NCBI GenBank assembly: GCA_951406725.2
Contig: OX597815.1
Span: 51,956,001-52,020,000 of the forward strand
Length of the DNA: 64,000 nt
Direction: 5' to 3'
DNA from: Octopus vulgaris
Taxonomy: Eukaryota
Numbering within the stretch: position 1 is the stretch's first letter; each line of letters opens with the position of its first letter. The notes below the pieces were generated by a model. That model was given only the letters and a program-made list of their open reading frames with translations, did not search any database and had not been told where the DNA came from. Made by a program: the position numbers and the translations under genes. Positions 53,070 through 64,000 of this stretch are shown here, in pieces.

Positions 53070-53201
53070 TAAACCACTGAGGTCGTTTTGCCTTTCATCC
53101 CTTCGGGGTCGATAAATTAAGTACCTGAGCCCCACTGGGGTTGATGTAATCAACTAGTCCCCTTCACCCAAATTTCAGGCCTTGTGCCTTTAGTTGAAAG
53201 G

Positions 53202-53286
<85 letters not shown>

Positions 53287-53697
53287 AGGTGGTGAGCTGG
53301 CAGAATCATTAGTAAATTGGATGAAATGCTTAGCAGTATTTTGCCAGTCACTATGTTCTGAGCTCAAATTCTGCGAAGGTTGACTTTGCCTTTCATCCTT
53401 TCTGGGTGGATAAATTAAGTGCCAGTGAAACACTGGGGTCGATGTAAATCGCTTAACCCCTCCCCCAAAATTCCTGCCCTTGTGGCAAAATTTAAAACCA
53501 TTATTATTATATTATTTATATTTGATGGATATTTGTCCTCATCTTGTTTGTTGCTAACACAATGTTTCGGCTGATATACCCTCCAGCCTTCATCAGGTGT
53601 CTTGGGGACAACAAACAAGATGAGGACAAAAATCCGTCAAATGTAAATAATGTACATAATTGCTCATCTCTTAAATATAGAACCGCATCATTATTGC

Positions 53698-53757
<60 letters not shown>

Positions 53758-54075
53758 CATTATTATTATTATTATTAGAAGGCAGCAAAAGCAGAGAACT
53801 GGCAGAATTATTAGCATGCCAGGCAAAATGCTTAGCAGTTTTTCATCCATCTTTACATTCTGAGTTCAAATTCCACTGAGGTCAACTTTGTCTTTCATCC
53901 TTTCATGGTCAATGAAATAAGTACCAGTTACAAACTGGGGTCAATGAAATCGACTGACCCCCTTCTCCAAAATTTCAAGCCTTGCACTTATAGAAGAAAG
54001 GATTAAAAGGCAACAAGCTTGCAGATTTGTTAGCATGCTAGACAAGCTGCTTGGCAGCATTTTGTCCATCTTGTT
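53070..54075 (+). mobile_element. Cluster of SINE family B copies in (ATT)n
   Basis: Three near-complete copies plus one partial copy. Confidence 0.88.
53556..53601 (-). ncRNA. Penelope-type minimal hammerhead ribozyme
   Basis: Minus strand: GACAC CUGAUGA A GGCUG gaggguauau CAGCC GAAAC AUU GUGUU; lies within inverted repeats 53513-53553 / 53609-53650. Confidence 0.78.
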
Positions 54076-54317
54076 GGCTGTCTGCCAAAATTTGTAACTA
54101 TCAATAATACTAATATGCTAACTTTTTGTTTTTGTATGTACCTGTTGTGTGCGTCACACTTACTTCAAAGAAGTGGCAAAGCGAGAGAGAGGAGAACAGA
54201 GAGAAAGTAAGAGAGAGAGGAGGACAGAGAGGAAGTAAGAGAGAGAGAGAGTGTGTGTGAGAGAGAAAGGGAGAGTGAGAGAGAAAGTGAGAAAGTGAGA
54301 GAGAAAGAGAGAGAATT

Positions 54318-55030
54318 TCTTTATTCACCATAAGGTTGAGAAAAAGAGGGGACAATACGGGGGACAGACAAAACAAACGTTGGGGTCAGGGTATCGAATG
54401 AGATGAAATGTATGAATAAACAAGCAATTAAAATATATACAATTAAATGAGAATGAATGATTAACAAAAAATGAAGCGGAGGACGTGGTCGACCCCAAAA
54501 ACCACATACTCACACTGAAGACTTTGCTTTCTCCTTTTTATATTCTCATTTAAACAGTTTCTTTCACTTGCAACATACTTACTATAGACTTCCATCTTTT
54601 ATGAAACACATTTTGCTACAGGCATTTCTTCTCCAGCCTTAGTTTCCGTTTCATGTGGAAAACAAAAAAGTCAATTAGCTCGAGACTGGAGATGAACATG
54701 CTTGTTGCAATTACTTTCACTCTCATCTTTCATGCTACCTCTTTCACCACAGCAACTACCAAGAGAAAACAGACTCACTCTTCCCTATCGAGGGAGGTTG
54801 GTGGAACGATCTTAATTACAGATTCGCTCGACAGTTGTACTCCTCTTGAATGCGACAGCAGGTGTTTGACATAAGCCTAGAGCTCAGTCACCTTGGAGCA
54901 TTGCATAATCGCATGCAGGACAGTTTCACTGTCTCTCTCACATCTTGCACAAACCGGTGAAGGTGCACACCCATGTCTAAAGAGCTTATCTCGAACCAGT
55001 AAAGCTCCTCTATAACATTGCCAGGCCAAG
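54318..55030 (-). mobile_element. Tx1/L1-clade LINE 3' end
   Basis: Minus-strand LAWQCYRGALLVRDKLFRHG...CARCERDSETVLHAIMQC (zf-RVT-like), homologous to 35420-35850; AATAAA near 54320. Confidence 0.85.
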
Positions 55031-55337
55031 AGAGAAAGAGAGAGAGAGTGAAAGAGACAATGAGTGGTGATGGCATTTGTTTTGTATTTTAAAATGTTTC
55101 AGAGAGGACGTAAGAGAGAAAGAAAGAGAGTGAGAGAGAGAAAAAAGTGAGAGTGAAAGAGACAGTGAGTGGTAATGGTGTTCGTTTTATGTTTTTAAAT
55201 GATTATCACATTGCAAAAGAAATAGATACAAAGATACATACACACATTGTTAAATCAAAAGCGGGAGAGAAGAGAAAGGAAGTGAAAGAGAAACAGAGAA
55301 AGTGAGAGAGACAGTAGATACATAAATCCAAAGAAAA

Positions 55338-55489
55338 CATTATTTACATTATTTACATTTGACAGATATTTGTCCTCATCTTGTTTGTTGATAACACAAC
55401 GTTTCAGCTGATATACCCTTCAGCCTTCATCAGGTGTCTTGGGGAAATTTTGAACCTGGGTTCTCCTTCCTAGGGTATTTTTTGATGTA

Positions 55490-55526
<37 letters not shown>

Positions 55527-55616
55527 TCACAGCCTGGAATCGAACTTGGATGAGGACAAATATCCATCAAATGTAAATAATGTGCATAATTCCTCATCTC
55601 TTAAATATAGAAGTGT
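55338..55616 (-). mobile_element. Penelope-like inverted terminal fragment with 12-bp TSD
   Basis: TSD ATCCAAAGAAAA at 55326-55337 and 55617-55628; same family as 53508-53682. Confidence 0.82.
55393..55438 (-). ncRNA. Penelope-type minimal hammerhead ribozyme
   Basis: Minus strand: GACAC CUGAUGA A GGCUG aaggguauau CAGCU GAAAC GUU GUGUU. Confidence 0.8.
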
Positions 55617-56129
55617 ATCCAAAGAAAAGTTCATACATAGATACATACACACTGCAAATATTGGATATCAATTTCATTTTACATTACTACATGAGAATAA
55701 AATTAACTCAGAAATGGCTGAGTACTCAACAGACATGCATAACATTAATGTAGTTCTCAGGGAGATTCAGCCTCACACAGAATATGACAAGGTTGGCTCC
55801 TTTGAATAAGAGCTACAACTTGAGACATATATAAATATATATATGAATGAATTTGTGTGTGTATAGTTTAGGTTAGTTAAAACATGCTTGCAATAATGTG
55901 TCGCGTGGTAGAAATAAACACAATTAGCAAACTTTCATTCATAAATCCATTTATTGTTTTGTTCTTTTGCATTTCAATTTGTACATTAAGTTTCTTTGAA
56001 GATGTACGATGTATTTTAAGGTTAAATAGTAATTTCATTTACGTTTGTGTAACAGATATTTTGGTTGGATTATATAGTCATTGGGGTTACGTAACTTTCT
56101 ATATTCTGTAACTGTCACAATATACTTTT

Positions 56130-56575
56130 CTAGGCCTGAATTTTTTGTGGGGAGGGGGCCAGTTGATTAGATCGACCCCACTGATACTTAATTTATCAAC
56201 CCCGAAAGGATGAAAGGCAAAGTCGATCACAGCAGAATTTGAACTCAGAACGTAAAGACAAACATTTCTCATGGCACCAGTACACTGTTTACAGATGCTT
56301 ACATTTTTAAAGTTTTCTGTGATTCTTTCATGGATCCAGTTAGTTATTATTATTATTAAAAGGCAGTGAGCTGACAAAATCATTAGCATGCCAGGCAAAA
56401 TGCATGCTTAGTAGCATTTTGTTCATCTTTACATTCTGAGTTCAAATTCTGCTAAGGTTGTTTTTGCCTTTCATCCTTTTGGGATTGATAAAATAAGTAC
56501 CAGTTGAACACTGGGGGCAATGTAATCAATTTCCTCCTTCCCTTGAAACTGCTGGCCTTGTGCCAAAATAAAGAA
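56130..56575. mobile_element. SINE family B: minus partial copy (56130-56260) and plus full copy (56360-56575)
   Basis: Family B motifs in both orientations. Confidence 0.82.
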
Positions 56576-58921
56576 GAATCATTATTATTTATGTCATTAC
56601 CACGGTCCTGATTAATAGGAAATTTGGTTTCATCATAAGTTGTATTAATATTTTTTGAGGTTTTTTCTTTCTTTTTTTCTTTTGTTTTGCAGTGATTAGG
56701 ATCTGCATACATTTTTTTGATTTTGATGAGAAAGTGACCTGCAACATAGGGGTGTGGTTTTTTTCCCTTTTATGCTCTCCCCACTACAAGGCTTTATCCT
56801 CATTAAATCATTGTTTTTAAAGAAAAATCCATAATTTCATTTAAAAAAATAATGGAATCAAATGATGGCATTTTAATGTTTTTGTTGGAAGGATCTAAGA
56901 GAAGGAGGAGGTGATTCAAAGAATGGGAAAGAGAGAGAGAGAGAGAGAGAAAGAGAGCGAGAGTGAGAAAGAGAGAGAGTATTGACTCTACAAAAGCTAA
57001 AAAGTACAACTGTGTCATGGTGGTAGCTACCACTACTTCCATAGCACAAAAAAGCATTAATGTCATAATCAAAGCAGCTACTACCACTGTAACATTGACA
57101 TCACTGCAACAACATGCAAATAAAGAGTGTGTGCAACTATTTGTATCAGCAACAGCAACAAGACAAATACCAACAAGAAAAACAACAGTAACAATGATGT
57201 GATCCCACAAACAGAATTTATTTGCATATGCAATGAATCAGTGGACGTGCCATTTGCTCTGGGGCTGAAATGAAGCTGTTAAAAATACATGGACTAATAT
57301 CCTACCCACTGAAGTAATGGTAGGTCTCCCACCAAAAATACTTACGCATCAATCACTGTTGCAGTATCAGAAACACAAGAAAGAAGTATTTTCTAGAGTT
57401 GGGTGTGTAACAAGGAGACCACTGGGAACAGTGATGGCTTTCTGTAACTGTGAACAGGAAGTCTGAATAGTGGCCCCCCCACCAGCCACATACATGACCT
57501 GTGTAACTGTGATGATCCCAATTTATTTGGACTGATATGTGACAAAAGTCAATCCCCAGCTTTCCACCCAATAAGGATGAAGCCAAAGTAGTGACAATTG
57601 GAGAGGAACCTGGAAAAGTCATAGGACTTAGTCTATCTCCCAATAGAATTAAATGTAAATATTGTTTGAGTTTCAGGTAGTAGTTGCACCTGTGGAACTG
57701 TATATCTTTTATATCTTTCATAGATGCTTCTGTTTCAAAGAATGTGAGCAGATGTAGATGGTGCCCAAGGGAAAAAACTGCAAATGTTATAAATGTGGAA
57801 GAATGGACCACCTAAGGGCTTTTTATCTCACAGTCCTTCACTGCTGCTATCAACAACCTGACTACTGCAACTGCTACAACAGTGATAATTGTAGAAGCTG
57901 TCAAAACAACAAAAACCACAACAGCAACTCGAATTTCAAAGCAGTGACAACAACAAAAGAGTCAAAACAGCTACACTGACAGCAGCGACTTGAGCAGAAC
58001 CAACAACAAATACACAAAAGAACTCCTCAATTACATTATTCTCTAAAAATTGAATGGGAGTTGATGAAATTTGTTCTGTTAAACAGGGACAAAATACTTA
58101 AGGTTTTGATATTTTACTGTTCTAATTACACTGAAAAAGAGACATCTGGTGAGAGCTACATCAGAAGCATATTGCACGTTGAGAGAATATCACTTGGCCA
58201 TTCAAGAGTTCTGAAAAAGAATTACTTCTAGACTTGAGTAAATGATATCCTTCCACTTGCTTTTTCCCCCTATTTTTTTTTGTTTTTCCTCTTGGGATTA
58301 GCATTGCAGCAGGGGTTCCTGCTTCATAATTTCGGGCCATTGTCTAAATGTGTTAGCCTTCAGTGAGATGCACCATTTTACCCTCTTTTTCACTATGTGA
58401 TTTGCAACTCTTTTGGTCAGCTTAGATTAAATGGCATAGTAAGGTTGTTTTGGAAAGGCTTTAATCTAGAGATACGTATAATCCTCTTAGATCAAAATGG
58501 TAGGTTGGTGAACCTGGATGTGAACATTAGCAGATATGGTGGTAGTACCTTCAGACATGTAGTTGGATGGCTGTCTGGAGACATTTCTTGGAACATTTGA
58601 CTCATTAGTAGTAGTGGACCTTTGGAATGGTATCATGGATGCAAGCAGGATTGGGTGGTTGTTGTATACAGGAGAAGGTTAGTGCAAAAGCCTCCCAAAC
58701 TTGTCAAGCAGTTTTACATGTCTGTCAGATGTCAACTAGATTTTCCTAGAAGAGCTTATGGCTGTAGAAAATCTGCCTTCACAAATTTTATCTAACCCAT
58801 GCAAGCATGGAACAGTGGATGTTACATGATGATGAAGATTGTGTATGTGTATGTGTGAACATATGAATGTTTAATTATTTTTGTGAATAAGTATCTATAT
58901 ATCTATATGTGTATGTGCCCG

Positions 58922-59000
<79 letters not shown>

Positions 59001-59190
59001 GTATGACTACTGGATTGTAGCAAAAAGAATAAAATGGAATAAAAGGAAATAAATGAAACTTAATGTAAAGATAACTCTTATTCAAAATATTTGGTGTTCC
59101 CAATGTTATCAATATTATATAATTTAATATCTATATTAGATATATTTTTACATAGGAAAAAGAAAAAAATCTATTGCAAATACTGTAGAT

Positions 59191-59648
59191 CATAATTTCT
59201 CAATCTTTTTACTCTAAAATAAAATCCTTGAAATACATTCCATGTCTCAAGGAACCCTCATAAAAATGTCTTTATTAATCTTTTTCTTTCTCTTTCATAA
59301 AGTTAGATTTCATAAGAATTTGCAATCATAAAACATTTTTGAAAGGTTTGACAGTACCTAAATCTATCAGATGTCACATTACAAACACAAAAATAAGTTA
59401 AAAAATTTTATCTTAAGCATAATCTTTTTTTGTAAAATATCCCAAGAAATAATTTTTGTTGTAGGATCTCCCTACTATCTGCAAGTTACCAGTATTGAAA
59501 TATGCCATTTGTATATAATAAAATTACAATTATTAGAATTGAACACAAAACTGATTAAAAGAAGTATTTGCATCTAATTAGCCTATGCATCATTTTTTCT
59601 CTCTAGAGTTTAAGCAATCTTTTCCTGAACCCCAGTTGGGAAACACTA
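59191..59648. mobile_element. Possible hAT/Charlie-type MITE
   Basis: CATAATTTCTCAA.. / ..CCCCAGTTGGGAAACACTA termini, internal GGAACCC; TSD poor. Confidence 0.4.
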
Positions 59649-60089
59649 TTGTATAGTATTGTTTCTACAGATGTTGTTCAACAACAGATCAAGCTTCATC
59701 AAATATATCTATGATTAAAGGTATTCCAGCTATGACCATCTTATTTTATGAGAGGTATCAAAGATTGCATTATCAAACATGTTCTTTGCTGTTTTAAGCT
59801 AGTGCAGAGGGATTTGAGGGAAATTTGACTGCTGTTTCTGACAGGTAAATTGACCACATAAAGACTAACTTGTTTGCCTATAAGTGACATGGTATATTGT
59901 TATGGCATCATACAGGATGTGATAAAACTGTTAATGTGGTAAACTTGAAAATTGTTTTATAAAAGAAATATGTCTTTTAATAAAATAATATAATTTAATG
60001 ACAGAAAAATATAAGAATAAAATTTATCTCGTATGAGTTGAACAAATACAAGCAAGCTTTTCTAAAATTTTGTATATTCATGTATTTGT

Positions 60090-60560
60090 AGTGACGCTAT
60101 ACAGCGGCGCATGCGCGAAGCCCCGGAAGAAGGACCATTTTGCCTCCGTGGCAGTTAGCCGAGGCAGGGGGATCGTAGGACGTTGACCACTAGCGTCCAG
60201 CAGAGTCATTGACTTGAGACAAAGCGACCGAAGGCAATGGACGTATATTTTCTCGCTGTCCGAATTTGATAGCAGTCAGCTGAAGATTTTAACCAAATTG
60301 TTGCAGACAACATCATCTCCCTGTTCCGGACGCCATCTTTGACCAGTGTCGTTAGCATTTGAACTTTGTAAATTCTACAGCGATAACGTTCAGCTCTGAC
60401 ACATCTATACCAAAGGGATACCCAGATATACCAATTATCTATTACTGTCATAAGAGAATAAAGTAGATATATATATTTTACATCTGCGTCTTGTTGTTTC
60501 TGACTGGTAGAATCTGGATTATTAAAGCAACGGAAAGTGATTGCTTCTCGCACCCCCAAA
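60090..60560. promoter_or_regulatory. CpG-rich promoter-like island
   Basis: GCGCATGCGC (NRF1-type, 60107-60116), CCGGAAG (ETS-type, about 60123), CCATTTTG and CGCCATCTT (YY1-type, about 60135 and 60331); CpG-dense unique sequence in a CpG-depleted background. Confidence 0.65.
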
Positions 60561-61444
60561 AGGTCCAGAGAAGATATTCACACTTTTCGTTACATATTTA
60601 AAACAGATATAGTTATAGTCTGGCTGGAAATAGGTCTTGGTGTTAAAAGAATTATTAAAATGAAAGTTGTAGGTACTAAATAACAAAATGCGCATACAAA
60701 TTTCAGGCTATGTTCAAGCAATGCTCTCTTGGCAAGTTAGATCTTACAATCTAAACATTCACCTTTGTGTTGTAGTAGTAGTAATACAGAATCCAAATAT
60801 CACTTTCTCACCAAATCTTTTCCATTCTGTTACTCTGTATTCTGAGCTGTTAACACCTGAAAAGTGTCAGTAGACAGCTGGACTCAATTATTTCAGTTAC
60901 TAGTAAACAAAAACTGATGTGTGAACACTGGCGAATTGTGAGTGTTGTTAAAAAATAATTGTAATAAATTACAAGTGACAATCAAATATCACTATCATCA
61001 TTATCATTATCGTTGTTGTCATCGCTGCCATCACCATCATGGTCATCATTGCTAGCAACATTGCAATCATCATCATCATCATTGTCATCAATATTTCTCA
61101 TAATCATCATTAACAAGCAAAGCAAAAGGAAAGTAACATTAAAAATGAACAGTCGTGATGGTGGCTGGGAATTATTATATGTATGTATGCAAAATATATA
61201 TATCTTTAAAAAAAATATAAATGAAATAAAATACAAATATATATATAAACAATATCAAGGGGACATAAAAGGAATCATAAATATGTACAAATATAAAACA
61301 GTTACATATTTGTATAGATATAAAATATAGAACACAACAGGATGCAATAGAATGTAATAGAATATGAAAAAAAATATAAATGAGAATATAAAAAGGAATA
61401 TAAAAATATAAATATAAAAATTTTTTAAATATACAATATATATA

Positions 61445-62325
61445 TCATCATCACCATCGTTTAACATCCGCTTTCCATGCTGGCATGGGTTGGACGGTTT
61501 GACTGAGGACTGGTGAGCCAGATGGCTGCACTAGGCTCCAGTCTGATCTGGCAGAGTTTCTACAGCTGCATGCCCTTCCTAATGCCAACCACTCTGAAGG
61601 CCAGTCAGGCGGTACTGGCAATGGCCACACTCAAATGGTGTTTTTTATGTGCCACCTGCACAGTAGTCAGTCCAGCAGCACTGGCAATGACCTCGCTTGA
61701 ATGTTGTTTTTCACATGCCACCGGCACAAGTGCTAGTTAGGCGACGCTGGTAAGGATATTGCTTGAATGGTGCTTTTTATGTGCCACTGGTACAGGAGCC
61801 AGTCAGCAGCCTTGGCAATGATCACGCTCCACTGACACAGGTGCCAGTCAGGCATTGCTGTCATTGGCCATGTCAGTGAATTTGATTTTGATTGTGATTT
61901 CACTTGCCTCAACAGATCTTTGCAAGCAACGCATAAGTAGGTTGGTTACACTGCTGGCATAGGCCACGGAATATGGTCTCACTTGGCTTGCCGGTTCTTC
62001 TCAAGCACAGCATATTTCCAAAGGTCTTGGTTACTAGTCAATGCCTCAGTGAGGCCCAATGTTTGAAGGTTCTGCTTCACCATCTCATCCCAGGTCTTCC
62101 TGGGTCTATCTCTTCCACAGATTCCCTCAACTGCTAGGGTGTGACACTTTTTCACACAGCTGTCCTCATCCATTCACATGACATGTCCATACTGGCACAG
62201 TTGTCTCTCTTGCACACCACATCTGATGCTTCTTAGTTCCAACTTTTCTTGTAAGGTGCTTACACTCTCTCGTGTATGCACACTGACATTACACATCCAG
62301 TGGAGCATACTTGCTTCATTCCTTG
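61445..62325 (-). mobile_element. RTE LINE 3' end (ORF C-terminus plus UTR)
   Basis: RNEASMLHWMCNVSV..GHV, MDEDSCVKKC..RPRKTWDE; same family as 23885-26750. Confidence 0.93.
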
Positions 62326-62569
62326 CAAATATATATTCCACATACACACACATACATATATATTGTTGAATGGCCATTGATTACTCATTAATTCCTACCT
62401 TTGACAGGTCATATTTTTTGTCCTACAAGGTGTCCTGCAATCATACTCCTCACCAAGCAAGCTTAATGGGGTTGCTGGTTTAGTTGCTGAGGACCCAACT
62501 ATGTAACAGGTTGTACTGGGTGACATGTTATGAGTAGCATTCAAGAGCGACCAAAGTTGTTTGAGGTGG

Positions 62570-63020
62570 AGTGGACATCTGGTGAGAATGAATGATGAAA
62601 TACTTCTTAAGTAATTTTTGTATGGTGAGCTGGAAGATGTTCAGAGACCCACACATATACCTAAAATGAGGTTCAAGGACTGCCTCAGAGTTGCTCTGGC
62701 ATAGACAGGAGTTTCAGTTGTTGATTGGGAGAGGGAGGCACAAGACTGAAATGGATGGAGGAAAAAAGTGCACAGTGGTTGTTTGAAGTTTGAAAGAGAG
62801 AGAATGAAGCACAAGAAAATCAAGAGAAGGCTTAAGAAGAATGATCCTGTGAAAAATGAGGAAGCATTGTTTTTCATGTGTGTGATTTGTGAGAGTAAAT
62901 GTTTGAGCCATGCAGGCCTGGTCAGCCATCAGAAGACTCACAGGAATCAACTCTTTGTAAACTGTGATATGGCTATTGTTCACAACAGAACATGTACAAC
63001 ATGTGAAAAGGTGTCTGTCA
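62570..63020 (+). mobile_element. Different RTE-clade LINE C-terminus with C2H2 zinc finger
   Basis: VRMND..K.FLYGEL...PKMRFKDCL...WE..AQD..WR...CVICESKCLSHAGLVSHQKTH. Confidence 0.8.
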
Positions 63021-63824
63021 GTTGGGTGATTGAAAAGGCATGTCAAAAGAGTTCATACTATGGCACCTGTTCCTTCTGCTATCCAGCACAGCTGTGCATT
63101 ATGCAACAGAATGAGCAAATATTTGGCTGAGCTCAAAAGTCATACAAGTGTCTCATATTGCATCATCAATGGGTCATTTCAATGATTCTTTCTAGCAGCT
63201 ACTGTATGTATGTATGTATGTATGTATGTATGTATGTATGTATGTATGTATGTATGTATGTATGCATGCATGCCATTCAGTCAGTCAGTCATTATTCAAC
63301 TTTATTTCAAAATTTCTTGCCAATAGAGAAAGAGCCAGTTTCTATCATAGATCCAAGGATCCTTCATTGGAATTTCAACAACATCAACAAGGTAACTTCG
63401 TATGTAGATATGTCTATGTACAGATTTGTACGTTTAGTTTTATGTATGTATTTTCATGCATATAACTGCATGTCTAGACAGGCCACTTCAATGTAAAACC
63501 TACAGCTTACTTGTCACAGTAGCTGTCTTAGCTCACTGAGCCACTGTGGCCAGTCCTCCAATTCTAAAGAGTGGGATCAGATTGCATGGGCTGATGCTCA
63601 CTTTAAAACTACTAATCACAGGCAGGAAGAAAAACCCTGCTTATGTAGACACTAGAAGGCATGCTGCTCTTCTCATGATCATCAGACATGAGGAAATTGC
63701 CATTATCATCATATAATATTTATACATACATACATACATACATACATACATACATACATACATACATACATACATACATACATGCATGCATGCATGCATG
63801 CATGCATGCATACATACATACATA

Positions 63825-64000
63825 CATCATCGTCATCATCATCATTGAATATTGAATGTCTGTTTTCATGCTGGCATGGGTTGGACAGTTTGACTGAAAA
63901 CTGGTAAGCTGGGGAGCTGCACTAGGTTCCAATATAATTTGGCATTGTTTCTATGGCTGGATGCCCTTCCTAGTGCAAACGAATCCAAGAGTGTAATGGG
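63825..64000 (-). mobile_element. RTE 3' tail fragment
   Basis: CATGCTGGCATGGGTTGGAC..GCTGGATGCCCTTCCTA. Confidence 0.85.

Noticed and set aside
54622-54874. Apparent exon encoding a signal peptide plus KR site (MLVAITFTLIFHATSFTTA..KRK) after a TTTTGCTACAG acceptor
   Set aside because: The opposite strand is clearly a Tx1 zinc-finger C-terminus, so the ORF is antisense noise
60206-60559. 117-aa ORF in the CpG island
   Set aside because: Non-ATG start and no recognisable motif; nearby ATG frames end within a few codons or lack support
62768-63130. C2H2 zinc-finger host gene
   Set aside because: Contiguous with RTE C-terminal motifs that contain stops

Overview
AT-rich, repeat-saturated animal genomic DNA. 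The SINE, RTE-tail and microsatellite inventory suggests an octopod cephalopod (inference from pattern recognition, not a database hit). I found no convincing host protein-coding exon; almost all listed ORFs are microsatellite translations or decayed transposon frames. The window holds decayed DNA transposons (three mariner DD34D-type pieces, one full-length DD41D element, a hAT element with an 8-bp TSD, a non-autonomous Helitron), non-LTR retroelements (RTE, R4/Dong, Tx1/L1, CR1/L2-like), two abundant tRNA-type SINE families, a probable solo LTR, several fold-back elements and one CpG-rich promoter-like island near 60.1-60.55 kb. The most notable signal is a set of hammerhead ribozyme (HHR) elements. 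These are a 354-bp head-to-tail unit with an extended type I HHR (retrozyme/circRNA candidate, 47261-47670) and Penelope-type minimal HHRs (53556-53601, 55393-55438 with a 12-bp TSD, 48594-48628). There is also a 1.46-kb nest of TA-associated insertions exactly inside the YMDD catalytic codons of an old Dong LINE. Repeat boundaries were read by eye and are approximate unless a TSD or TIR is quoted.
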